DNA from: Candidatus Hydrogenedentota bacterium
Lineage (GTDB): Bacteria > Hydrogenedentota > Hydrogenedentia > Hydrogenedentales > SLHB01
DNA: 25,599 nucleotides
Direction of reading: 5' to 3'
NCBI GenBank assembly: GCA_007118235.1
Contig: SKRY01000175.1
Location: forward strand, 1 to 25,599
The notes under the pieces are model-generated. The model was given only the letters and a program-made list of their open reading frames with translations. It had not been told where the DNA came from and made no database searches. The first letter of the stretch is position 1, and each line of letters starts with the position of its first letter. The position numbers and the translations under genes were made by a program. Below are positions 8,983 through 17,446 of this stretch, piece after piece.

Positions 8983-9354
8983 TCAAGAATCCGGGTCATG
9001 TTGACGGATAAGTTGCGCGAGGGCTTCCGGGGCCGACCGCAGATTGGCGGCAAGGACATAGAGGATGATAAGGAAATGGGGAACGGTCACGGCGAGTTCG
9101 ATACGGAAAAGGGCCATACTGGTGGGGGCAATAGGCAGAATGAGTGCGAAGGGTATGGTGGCGGCGAGGGCGGCATAAGGGATCCGGTGAACGGAACGGC
9201 CCGTTATGACGCGGCAGAGATTGGTAAGGCGCAGAAGATAGAAGATGATCACAAAGCCAGCCATGGTCCAAAGGCTTCCCTGGACGCGTGACCACAAGAG
9301 ATAGACGTCATGCGGGAAGAGCTGGCTTATTTGCTGAATCCAGTCAGGCAACAT
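8983..9354 (-). CDS. Hypothetical membrane protein (about 3 TM)
   Basis: 123 aa with hydrophobic helices; shares a W-x6-I-x-aromatic helix motif with the upstream ORF; no family recognised. Confidence 0.7.
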   Translation of the reverse strand: MLPDWIQQISQLFPHDVYLLWSRVQGSLWTMAGFVIIFYLLRLTNLCRVITGRSVHRIPYAALAATIPFALILPIAPTSMALFRIELAVTVPHFLIILYVLAANLRSAPEALAQLIRQHDPDS

Positions 9355-9392
9355 AGAGGCTTACCGTACGGGGCTGTTGAAGGGCCGGAAGG

Positions 9393-9408
9393 GGTTCCAC
9401 GTGGAACC
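9393..9408. promoter_or_regulatory. parS centromere-like site 1 (intergenic)
   Basis: Perfect 16-bp palindrome GGTTCCACGTGGAACC matching the known parS consensus (tGTTtCACGTGaAACa family). Confidence 0.9.
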
Positions 9409-9477
9409 TGAAGAGGAAAAAATGAGCGCGGCATGACCGTCTGAACCGGTTTACACCATGAGAGCGCGCGAAAATAC

Positions 9478-10248
9478 TCATGAAGCGACGGAGTCCACGC
9501 GCGAGACGCGGCGTATAAGACGGTAACCCCGCCAGAGATAGAAAGCCGCAATCCATTCGACCGTGATCCACACCACGCCGGCGATGCGAAGATAAAGACC
9601 CACCGCATTTCGCAAGGCGCCGAACGCTTCGTGCGTGTGAGCAAAGGTTTCGGCCGCTTGTTCCGGCGCAAAACCGTGGATTCGCATCGCCGCCGAGGCA
9701 GGCGCCGCCAGAACAAGCGCCGCGCCCAACAATAGCAGGCTCAGGGGAGCCCCATTTGTTAGGGAGGGACGTGCGATGGAACCATGTCGCACTGGGCTGA
9801 GCGCCCTCCGGAGGCCAAGATATACATGCCGGCCATGATATACAATCGCGGCCTCGAGGATAACCCATATCGTGATGAATGCACACCACACAAGAGCGTG
9901 TGTATACGCCCACCGGGCATAAAGGGCGGCGATAGCGTCCGGGTGGGCCGAAGTCTGTAAAGCGGCTTCAAGCGCATCCCGGAGGGGATAGAAATAGAAT
10001 CTAGCGCCAATGAGGACGCACAGCAGAAGAAAGCCTGCGATCCATCGCCAAAGGCGCCGTCGAAAGGCAGGCGAAAGACAGGGTACGGGTTCGCTGGGCC
10101 GATGTTCCACGTGGAACCTGGCCAACAAGACGAGATAGAGAATACCGAGTTCAGCGGCGATCCAGAATAAGCCGGCAGCCTCAACCACGAGATCACGGGT
10201 CCAGAGACGGCTGGCGAGTGCGAGTGCTTCTTCGTATTCGGGAGTCAT
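9478..10248 (-). CDS. Hypothetical polytopic membrane protein with three repeated W-x3-E helices
   Basis: 256 aa; FWIAAELGILY, IWVILEAAIVY and VWITVEWIAAFY repeats; no family recognised. Confidence 0.75.
   Translation of the reverse strand: MTPEYEEALALASRLWTRDLVVEAAGLFWIAAELGILYLVLLARFHVEHRPSEPVPCLSPAFRRRLWRWIAGFLLLCVLIGARFYFYPLRDALEAALQTSAHPDAIAALYARWAYTHALVWCAFITIWVILEAAIVYHGRHVYLGLRRALSPVRHGSIARPSLTNGAPLSLLLLGAALVLAAPASAAMRIHGFAPEQAAETFAHTHEAFGALRNAVGLYLRIAGVVWITVEWIAAFYLWRGYRLIRRVSRVDSVAS
10103..10118. promoter_or_regulatory. parS site 2 (inside CDS 9478-10248)
   Basis: TGTTCCACGTGGAACC; read as FHVE in the protein. Confidence 0.88.
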
Positions 10249-10386
10249 AGGGATAGTTGGTTAGACTGTGGTTGAGTGACGAGCCTCATTATTGCGGTTC
10301 GAGGCGCGAGAAATCAACCGGATTGAGGATTAAGGGATGGAGTGCAACAGTTCTTGGGGTGGCGCGTGCATTAAAGGATATACGGG

Positions 10387-11031
10387 TTACTCCTTGGGGG
10401 GCGTTATGCGGTATAGGGCGCCGCGCCGCAGGCCTTCCCGGCTCCACGCATCCTTTATAGGTTCCACGTGGAACCCTTCGCTTCTCGCTTCCAGCCCCCA
10501 GTTGAACTGACACAAATACACTCCGGTTGGAGGTAACTGCCGCAGAATCGCCTGAAACACTTTCCGGGGCTGCTCCACGGCGCGCGCGGTCACTATCCGC
10601 ACTCCTTCGAGGTCCATCCCTTCGGGGTACATTCCTTGCACCACATCCGCATCCGGCACGTTCAATGCGCCCAGGACCTTGCGAAGAAAGCCCGCCTTCC
10701 TCTGGGAGCGTTCAACGAGCACCAGGGCTACCTCGGGCAAGAGCAGCTTCACGGGCACAGCCGGAAAGCCTCCTCCGCTACCGATATCCACCCAGACCGA
10801 TTCGCCATTGGCTTCCCGCCGAATGTGGGCGGCCAAGCTCAGCGAGTCGGCCATGTGACGCCGCCACAGTCCGGGAATATCGCCGGGCGCGACTAGACCA
10901 GCATACGCGTTCCATTGCTGGAGAAGTTCGAGATAGCGCTCCGCGGCGTTCACGAAAGTCTTGATGTTCCCAAAGCCATCGGCAAGGAGTAGGCTTTGGA
11001 TTTGTTCAAGCCAAACTTCATTGTCCGGCAT
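10387..11031 (-). CDS. rsmG: 16S rRNA m7G527 methyltransferase RsmG (GidB)
   Basis: LLQQWN, RHMADSL, DIGSGGGFPAVP, LVERSQRKAGFL and VTARAV motifs. Start placed at ATG 11031 after RBS GGAAGGT (ORF track gives 11073). Confidence 0.93.
   Translation of the reverse strand: MPDNEVWLEQIQSLLLADGFGNIKTFVNAAERYLELLQQWNAYAGLVAPGDIPGLWRRHMADSLSLAAHIRREANGESVWVDIGSGGGFPAVPVKLLLPEVALVLVERSQRKAGFLRKVLGALNVPDADVVQGMYPEGMDLEGVRIVTARAVEQPRKVFQAILRQLPPTGVYLCQFNWGLEARSEGFHVEPIKDAWSREGLRRGALYRITPPKE
10460..10475. promoter_or_regulatory. parS site 3 (inside rsmG)
   Basis: Perfect palindrome GGTTCCACGTGGAACC; read as GFHVEP in RsmG. Confidence 0.9.
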
Positions 11032-11137
11032 TCGAGTTACCTTCCGTAAGTCTTTGATCTTACCATGAACCACATGCTGACGACCGGGGATGGACAGTTC
11101 GCCACTCCCCCGCGTGTCTCCGTGTTCTGAACCTAAG

Positions 11138-11166
11138 TTGACATACCCAACGCGGCATGGTATTGT
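11138..11166 (+). promoter_or_regulatory. Sigma70-type promoter for apgM-cimA
   Basis: TTGACA (11138-11143), 17 nt, TATTGT (11161-11166), with an extended -10 TG. Confidence 0.7.
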
Positions 11167-11208
11167 CTATCCTTGATACATGTATCTAATCATGCCCTGG
11201 AGGTCCCC

Positions 11209-12450
11209 GTGAAGTATCTTGTGTTGCTTGGCGACGGGATGGCCGACTATCCCCTCGAATCCCTCGAAGGCCGCACCCCCCTTGATGTTGCGGCGACCCC
11301 CGCCATGGATACCGTGGCCCAACGGGGGGTATCCGCCCAGTTCTCTCCCATCCCAGAAGGATACCCGCCGGGAAGCGACGTAGGCAACCTCGCCGTGTTC
11401 GGGTACAATCCCGCGGAATTCTATACCGGGCGCGCGCCGCTGGAAGCCGCCAATCAGGGCATCGAAATAGGGCCGAATGAGGTCGTCTTTCGATGCAATC
11501 TGGTGACGCTTGACGACGGAGCCATGGCGAACTTCACTGCGGGGCACATTAGTTCGGGGGAGGGCGCCGAACTAATCGACGCCTTGAACAGCGCGCTAGC
11601 CGATCTTCCCGTGCGCTTCCATCCCGGGGTGGGTTACCGTCACTTAGCGGTGGTCGCGGCGTCCCGCAACGAGTTGGGCGGACTGCTCCAAGTGAAATGC
11701 ACGCCCCCGCACGACATCTCCGATCAGCCTGTCGCGCATTACTTACCCGAGGGCGATGGCGCGGCCGTATTGCGGGCCATAATGGAGCGGAGTCAAACCG
11801 TGTTGGACGGTCATCCCGTGAACCGCGAGCGGGAGGCGGCGGGAGATCCCCCAGCCAATTCGGCGTGGCTTTGGGGGCAGGGCGGGGCGCCTGTCCTTCC
11901 ATCCTACGCCGAACGGTTTGGTCTGTCCGGGGCGGTCATCAGCGCGGTCGACTTGGTCAAGGGCATAGGGCGGGTTGCGGGGTTGGAGGTGATCAATGTG
12001 CCGGGCGCCACGGGATATCTTGACACGGACTACGCCGGCAAGGTGGAAGCCGCCATCCAGGGCTTGGAGAACCACGACTTCATCTACCTCCATGTGGAAG
12101 CGCCTGACGAAACGGCCCACCAAGGCCGCGAGGACCTGAAAATTCAGGCCATCGAGGATTTCGATCGTCATGTGGTCATGCCCATTCTGGATTATGTACA
12201 ACGCCAGAAGGAAGCGCGCATCCTGGTCGCACCGGATCACATAACCGCGATCAGTACGCGCACCCATGCCGCCGGGCCGGTTCCATTCGCCATGTGCGGG
12301 ACCGGCATTGAGGCCAATGGCGCGCGGCGCTATTGCGAGATCGAGGCGGATCGCTTTGGATTGCTCTTCCCGGAAGGGCACAGGCTGGTTCCCTTCTGGC
12401 TCACCACGGCGGTGATTGATGCGGATGCCTTGTCTGGGGTAGGCGTCTAG
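11209..12450 (+). CDS. apgM: Cofactor-independent phosphoglycerate mutase, ApgM family (alkaline-phosphatase superfamily; subfamily proposed as a homoserine kinase substitute)
   Basis: KYLVLLGDGMAD, PPGSDVGN (catalytic Ser), VDLVKGIG, HVEAPDETAHQG and APDH motifs. GTG 11209 after GGAGGT (ORF track gives 11173). Confidence 0.9.
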   Translation: MKYLVLLGDGMADYPLESLEGRTPLDVAATPAMDTVAQRGVSAQFSPIPEGYPPGSDVGNLAVFGYNPAEFYTGRAPLEAANQGIEIGPNEVVFRCNLVTLDDGAMANFTAGHISSGEGAELIDALNSALADLPVRFHPGVGYRHLAVVAASRNELGGLLQVKCTPPHDISDQPVAHYLPEGDGAAVLRAIMERSQTVLDGHPVNREREAAGDPPANSAWLWGQGGAPVLPSYAERFGLSGAVISAVDLVKGIGRVAGLEVINVPGATGYLDTDYAGKVEAAIQGLENHDFIYLHVEAPDETAHQGREDLKIQAIEDFDRHVVMPILDYVQRQKEARILVAPDHITAISTRTHAAGPVPFAMCGTGIEANGARRYCEIEADRFGLLFPEGHRLVPFWLTTAVIDADALSGVGV

Positions 12451-12533
12451 TACACGATTTCTCTCCTCCTTGTCTTATGTAAGTACACACATGTAACTCT
12501 GTGTGTCTATATGCGCAGTTAGGTGTTTAGGTT

Positions 12534-14120
12534 ATGACAAAACATATCGAAATATACGACGTCACGTTGCGCGATGGCGCTCAAGGGCCAGGGGTCAAGT
12601 TTTCCGCGGAGGACCAGATTCGGGTCGTGCAAGAGCTTGACGCCTTCGGCGTGAATTTCATCGAAGGAGGCCAACCGGCCTCGAATCCCAAGGCGGCGGA
12701 CCTGTTTCGCCGGGCCAGCGATCACGCCGGCCGGGCCAAGATGGCTGCGTTTGGCAGTACGCGTCACCCGAAGTCCACGCCGGAGGAGGACGCGAATCTC
12801 AAGGCGCTTCTTCTTGCCGAAACGGATATTATTACGATTTTTGCGAAATCCTCCCCCTTGCACGCCAAGGAGATCCTGCGCGTTTCCCTGGACGAAAACC
12901 TCCAGATCATCGAGGATTCGGTCCGGTTTCTCCGCGAACAAGGCCGCCGGGTGTTCTTCGACGCGGAGCATTTCTTCGACGGGTATTACAGCGATGCGGA
13001 GTATGCCTTGACTGCTCTTGAGCGCGCCGCGGGCGCGGGCGCCGAAGTCTTGATTCTATGCGACACCAACGGCGGCCGCTTACCCTGGGAGATCGGCAAG
13101 GCCACGGAACAGGTCCGAGGCCGCCTGCCAGACGCCAAGATTGGCATTCACACGCACAACGACAGCGGGTGTGGCGTCGCCAACACACTGGCCGCCGTTC
13201 AGGAGGGGGCGGTGCATATTCAAGGCACCATCAACGGATACGGCGAACGCACGGGCAACGCGAATCTCTGCACAATCATCCCGAATCTGCAACTGAAGAT
13301 GGGGTATGAGGTCGTGCCTGAGGAACAGTTGGCCCGATTGACGCCCATGTCCCATCTCGTGGCCGAGTTGGCGAACATGGTTCCCCGCGATGCCGACCCC
13401 TTCGTGGGGCGCGACGCTTTTACCCACAAGGGAGGCATGCACGCCGACGCGGTCAAGAAGCTGAAACGCAGCTATGAACATGTGGACCCTGTTTCCGTCG
13501 GCAATACCACGCACGTTTCCGTGAGCGAGATGGCCGGGCGCTCCAGCCTGCTGGAGAAGGCTCGCGAGTTCAACATCGAATTGAAGCGCGACACCCCCGA
13601 GACCCGGCGGATTCTCGAACGCGTCAAGGACCTCGAGAACGAGGGATACGAATTCGAGGGCGCCGACGCCAGTCTCGAACTCCTCATGCGCAAGGCGATC
13701 GGGCATTACCGCACCTTCTTCTTGCACCGCGGATTCCGGGTGAGCGTGGAACAACCCGACGCCGAGGGCCGCAACACGTTGTCCGAGGCCACGCTCAAGG
13801 TGGAGTTGCCCAACGGTCTGCTCATGCACACCGTGGCCGAGGGGGAGGGTCCCGTGGACGCCTTGAACAATTCGCTTCGAAAGGCCCTTGATGACACGTA
13901 CCCCGAGCTGAGCGAGGTGCATCTCGAGGACTACAAAGTGCGCATCATTGATGGGCGGGCGGGAACGCGCGCGAAGACCCGCGTGCTCATTGAGTCGGCG
14001 GATGGCGCCGCGTCATGGAGCACGGTGGGGGTTTCCGAGAACATCATTAGCGCGTCGTACTGGGCCCTCGTGGACAGCATTGAGTACAAACTGCTGCGAG
14101 CCAGGGGATATTTGGAATAG
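12534..14120 (+). CDS. cimA: Citramalate synthase (bacterial CimA, DRE-TIM family with LeuA-type regulatory domain)
   Basis: DVTLRDGAQ, FDAEHFFDGY, HTHNDSG, GYGERTGNANL, FTHKGGMH, GYEFEGADAS, DYKVRI and WSTVGVSENII motifs; 528 aa. Confidence 0.92.
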   Translation: MTKHIEIYDVTLRDGAQGPGVKFSAEDQIRVVQELDAFGVNFIEGGQPASNPKAADLFRRASDHAGRAKMAAFGSTRHPKSTPEEDANLKALLLAETDIITIFAKSSPLHAKEILRVSLDENLQIIEDSVRFLREQGRRVFFDAEHFFDGYYSDAEYALTALERAAGAGAEVLILCDTNGGRLPWEIGKATEQVRGRLPDAKIGIHTHNDSGCGVANTLAAVQEGAVHIQGTINGYGERTGNANLCTIIPNLQLKMGYEVVPEEQLARLTPMSHLVAELANMVPRDADPFVGRDAFTHKGGMHADAVKKLKRSYEHVDPVSVGNTTHVSVSEMAGRSSLLEKAREFNIELKRDTPETRRILERVKDLENEGYEFEGADASLELLMRKAIGHYRTFFLHRGFRVSVEQPDAEGRNTLSEATLKVELPNGLLMHTVAEGEGPVDALNNSLRKALDDTYPELSEVHLEDYKVRIIDGRAGTRAKTRVLIESADGAASWSTVGVSENIISASYWALVDSIEYKLLRARGYLE

Positions 14121-14139
14121 CGCCGGGATTCGCCCCTGC

Positions 14140-14170
14140 GGCATGGTGAAACATGCCTTCCCTCCCTTTT
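14140..14170 (+). terminator. Possible intrinsic terminator after cimA
   Basis: GGCATG-GTGAAA-CATGCC hairpin followed by TTCCTCCCTTTTT; short stem. Confidence 0.4.
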
Positions 14171-14292
14171 TGAGTAAGGCGTAGGGAATGTGACTTTTGG
14201 AGTGTCCGAAGATCTTTTGACAGTCCACGGCTCCTCGCTTGCTACGTAAACTTCCAGTAATAAAGTCTCTCAGCTCTTTTGGGAGAGAGGTG

Positions 14293-15525
14293 TTAGGCGG
14301 CGTTCAACGTGCAAAAGACCTCTTCAGCGTATTGTATCGCGCTGGCGTAGATGCCGGCTAGTTCCTTTTCCGCGATATTGGCTTGAGAAGCGAGCATTTG
14401 AACCCCGGCCCAGTCCCCTTGCTCGTAGGTCAGGATCAGCTCAAGAACCGCCCGAAGTGGGTTGAGTTCCCCACACAGCGCCTTCCGAAGATCCTTGGCT
14501 ATTGGTAATTCCGCAGCCATCTCTCTAATGGGGCGTCCAAGCATGGCGTCAAGAAGAGAGAACATACCGAGGAGAAACAAGTCTCCGGCTCGGTTGGCCA
14601 GCTTGCTTCTTTCGGCAACGAGTTCAGCGAACCGCGCCCGAATAAGCGCTAGACGCAATAGCTCTTCCGGCCGGTCCCCCGCCAAGTGACCCAAGGTCAT
14701 TATCGTGGCCCACTTGCGAATCTGATCTTCTCCCAAATAGGCCAAAGCATGTTGGAGTGAGTGGATCTCGTGTCCCAGACTAAAGACTGCCGAATTGACG
14801 TATCTCAGTAGTCTGAGGGAGAGGGACACATCGCTCTGAACGAGATTTGTGAGATTGTCATAACTCATCTCGGGCGAATTGACTTCTTTCAGCAGGCGCA
14901 GATAGTGTTGCTTATGGGGCGGAAGCTCCTTGCGGCTGACGATGACGGGCTTGCTGAAGAAGAAGCCTTGGAACAGGGAACACCCAGCTTTCTTGCTATA
15001 CTCAAATTCGCGCTGAGTCTCCACTTTCTCGGCTAGTAGTACGGTTTTCGTCCCTTGCAGCCTTTTAGCCAAGGCCGCCACCTCGGAGGGGGACGATTCC
15101 AGCAGGTCCACTTTGATGATATGCGCCAATTCAATTAGGGGCATATACTTTGGAGCAAAGACAAAATCATCAAGGGCGAGTTGATAGCCATTAGCGGCGA
15201 GGCGGCGGCAAGCGTCAATCACTGCCTCATTCGGCTCAATAGTCTCCAACAACTCAATGACAACATTGTGTTTCGGTAAGAGAGTGGCGGCTCCGTCAAG
15301 AAGAAGGCGTTCCGTGATGTTGATGAATGCCTTGGCTCTGCCGACCAGAGTCTCAATCCCGAAGAGTAAGAAACTGTCAGCGATCAACTGCGAAGTCGCG
15401 GTATCCCCATTCGTGGCCTGAAACAAGTTGTCCATACTCGAACGAAACAGGAGTTCGTAGGCGTAAACCTCCTGTTGCGCGTCTAGAATGGGTTGCCGCG
15501 CGATGAAACGTCGGTGATCTTCCAT
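14293..15525 (-). CDS. EAL + HDOD domain c-di-GMP phosphodiesterase (YuxH/PdeH type)
   Basis: ARQPILD, YELLFR, FINI, IELLE, LALDDF, IIKVD, LAEKVET, FQGFFFSKP, then HDOD (DVSLSLRLLRYVNSA, FLLGMFSLLDA). Confidence 0.93.
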   Translation of the reverse strand: MEDHRRFIARQPILDAQQEVYAYELLFRSSMDNLFQATNGDTATSQLIADSFLLFGIETLVGRAKAFINITERLLLDGAATLLPKHNVVIELLETIEPNEAVIDACRRLAANGYQLALDDFVFAPKYMPLIELAHIIKVDLLESSPSEVAALAKRLQGTKTVLLAEKVETQREFEYSKKAGCSLFQGFFFSKPVIVSRKELPPHKQHYLRLLKEVNSPEMSYDNLTNLVQSDVSLSLRLLRYVNSAVFSLGHEIHSLQHALAYLGEDQIRKWATIMTLGHLAGDRPEELLRLALIRARFAELVAERSKLANRAGDLFLLGMFSLLDAMLGRPIREMAAELPIAKDLRKALCGELNPLRAVLELILTYEQGDWAGVQMLASQANIAEKELAGIYASAIQYAEEVFCTLNAA

Positions 15526-15670
15526 GGCTGCTTCGCTATCCCCCGTTAAAGGTCGGCAAGTCTGACGATACCATACTCCGCGCGAAAATGGTATTCACGC
15601 AATTCTTGTGATCGGCGAAATGTCCTCTACATCCCTTGTGGGGACAGTTGTATGGGGTGCTGCGCCAAGC

Positions 15671-16711
15671 TTACTTCGCGAACGCGGCGAGCACCTCTTC
15701 GAGGACTTCCCCTAGTTTTTTGCCGGAGTTGGCCCCACTGACGTAGCGCGTGGCTCCCGCCTCCATCAGCGCCCTCTTCTCGGTCTCATCGGACGGTTCA
15801 CCCTCTCGGAACACAACGATGGGTACATTAGTCAGAGAACGGTTCTCTCTCACCAATCGGCAAATTTCGGTACCAGGTAGAACCCCTTCGGCTGCGGCCA
15901 CAAATACAGCGGGCCTGTGCAAACGCAACTGGAAGAAAGCGTCCACCGGATCCTGGGCTACTTGCAGTTCGAAACCAAGTCTTTCCAAAGCAGCAATACA
16001 AGATTCGTCAGAACGGTTTTTGGGGGCGAGCAAAAGGATTCGCTGTGTGGAGGGCGGGGTGTTGCGAAGCCGTTCCAAGGTAGAACTCACAAAGAACTCA
16101 ATGTCCGCAACGGTATCCTTATCGATTGCCTCGCCAAAACAACACCCCACTATCACCGCCTTAGGAGTAACACGAACACTGCGCACGAAGGAACGGACGG
16201 CCTCAACACGCCCGCCATCCGGCAACTCAAACGAAACCTCCAGTTCGGTATCCCGTTCTATTTCGGTATTGCTGGGAAGTTCGACCGAGTAACCGCCCCG
16301 GCTTAGATCGTTGACAACGCCTTCTGCCTCGCCACCGCCGGCCACCCACACCATGCACGGCATACCGACGGGGACACGCTCGTGCTGCCGAACCCCTACA
16401 TACTCAACGCTATCGGGCCAGTTCAGCTGTAGATGGGAAAACAGGCGGCTGCTTTGCCAATAGCGAACCGTACTGACGAAACCACAAGCCCTTCCTTCCG
16501 CAATAAAGCGCACGGCCACATTCTGGCCTCGTTCGAGGCGTTTGGAAAGCTCGGAAACTTCCGACAGGTCCAGTAGCACGTAAACGCCGCGGCTCCATCC
16601 CCGAATGGGTGTACGATATCGGGCGCCCGATTTCCGTTCAGGCTCGAGTTCGATGATGGCTGGCGCGTCCACTTGAAAGAACGCTTCAATGTTATTGCTC
16701 TCCCGGCTCAT
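15671..16711 (-). CDS. YcgR-like c-di-GMP effector: PilZN + PilZ + C-terminal degenerate receiver domain
   Basis: PilZ motifs RQHER (RxxxR) and DLSRGG (DxSxxG); N-terminal YcgR-type beta domain; C-terminal RILLL...PAVFVAA...VPIVVF...GATRY receiver fold without the phospho-Asp. Confidence 0.85.
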   Translation of the reverse strand: MSRESNNIEAFFQVDAPAIIELEPERKSGARYRTPIRGWSRGVYVLLDLSEVSELSKRLERGQNVAVRFIAEGRACGFVSTVRYWQSSRLFSHLQLNWPDSVEYVGVRQHERVPVGMPCMVWVAGGGEAEGVVNDLSRGGYSVELPSNTEIERDTELEVSFELPDGGRVEAVRSFVRSVRVTPKAVIVGCCFGEAIDKDTVADIEFFVSSTLERLRNTPPSTQRILLLAPKNRSDESCIAALERLGFELQVAQDPVDAFFQLRLHRPAVFVAAAEGVLPGTEICRLVRENRSLTNVPIVVFREGEPSDETEKRALMEAGATRYVSGANSGKKLGEVLEEVLAAFAK

Positions 16712-16885
16712 TTGTGTCTCCCCCTGAAGAAACGTTCACGTACCTCTCCACTGAGCCCCAAAACGACACTTCTTGTCGGCTGCGGGACCACACACCCTAC
16801 CCCAGTATTCTACCTTATTCGCTTTATAGCATTATTATCATTTTATAATTAAAAACTACAATCTTAGAGAGGCGCGTTATTAAAA

Positions 16886-17446
16886 TCATTTAAAAAAGGG
16901 GTTATGCGCTTTTTCGATGGCGACGGTGGTGGCGGGGCCGTGTCCTGTATAGATTTCGGTTTCGGGGGGCAACGTGAAGAGCTGTTCCTCAATGCTATTG
17001 ACAAGGCTTCGGGCGAGCGAGGCGGAGGCCGTTCCGCCGATGGAACCCGCGAACAGGGCGTCCCCCGAGAACACCACGCCGGGAAACGCGAGGCTGATCC
17101 CGTCGGGTGTGTGGCCGGGCGTTTCCAGCACCGTGCCCGCCCAACGGCCCACTTTCACGATGCCGCCTTGCCGCACCACCTGCGCCTCGCAGCCGCCTGT
17201 CTCGGCTTGATAGGCGTAGACAGGCGCCGGGTGGCGCTCCAACACATCTCTTAGCCCGTCCGTGTGGTCGAAATGGTCATGGGTAATGAAGACGCCGGTG
17301 AGGCGCAATCCCTCGCTTTCGAGGACGGCGTCCAATCCCTCGGGGTACTCCCCCGCATCCACGAGCAGCGCCTCCTTGGTTTCGCGGCATCCCAGAAGAA
17401 ACGCGTTGGCCTCGTTCACCGTAAGCAAGAAATGGGCGAGGATCAT
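16886..17446 (-). CDS. Metallo-beta-lactamase-fold hydrolase (glyoxalase II/YcbL-like)
   Basis: THDHFDH (HxHxDH), PGHT, FSGDALF, GHG. ATG overlaps the upstream stop (ATGA, 17446-17443). Confidence 0.92.
   Translation of the reverse strand: MILAHFLLTVNEANAFLLGCRETKEALLVDAGEYPEGLDAVLESEGLRLTGVFITHDHFDHTDGLRDVLERHPAPVYAYQAETGGCEAQVVRQGGIVKVGRWAGTVLETPGHTPDGISLAFPGVVFSGDALFAGSIGGTASASLARSLVNSIEEQLFTLPPETEIYTGHGPATTVAIEKAHNPFFK

Noticed and set aside
10285-10305. GGTTCGA T-loop-like word
   Set aside because: No T-stem pairing or cloverleaf around it; not a tRNA.
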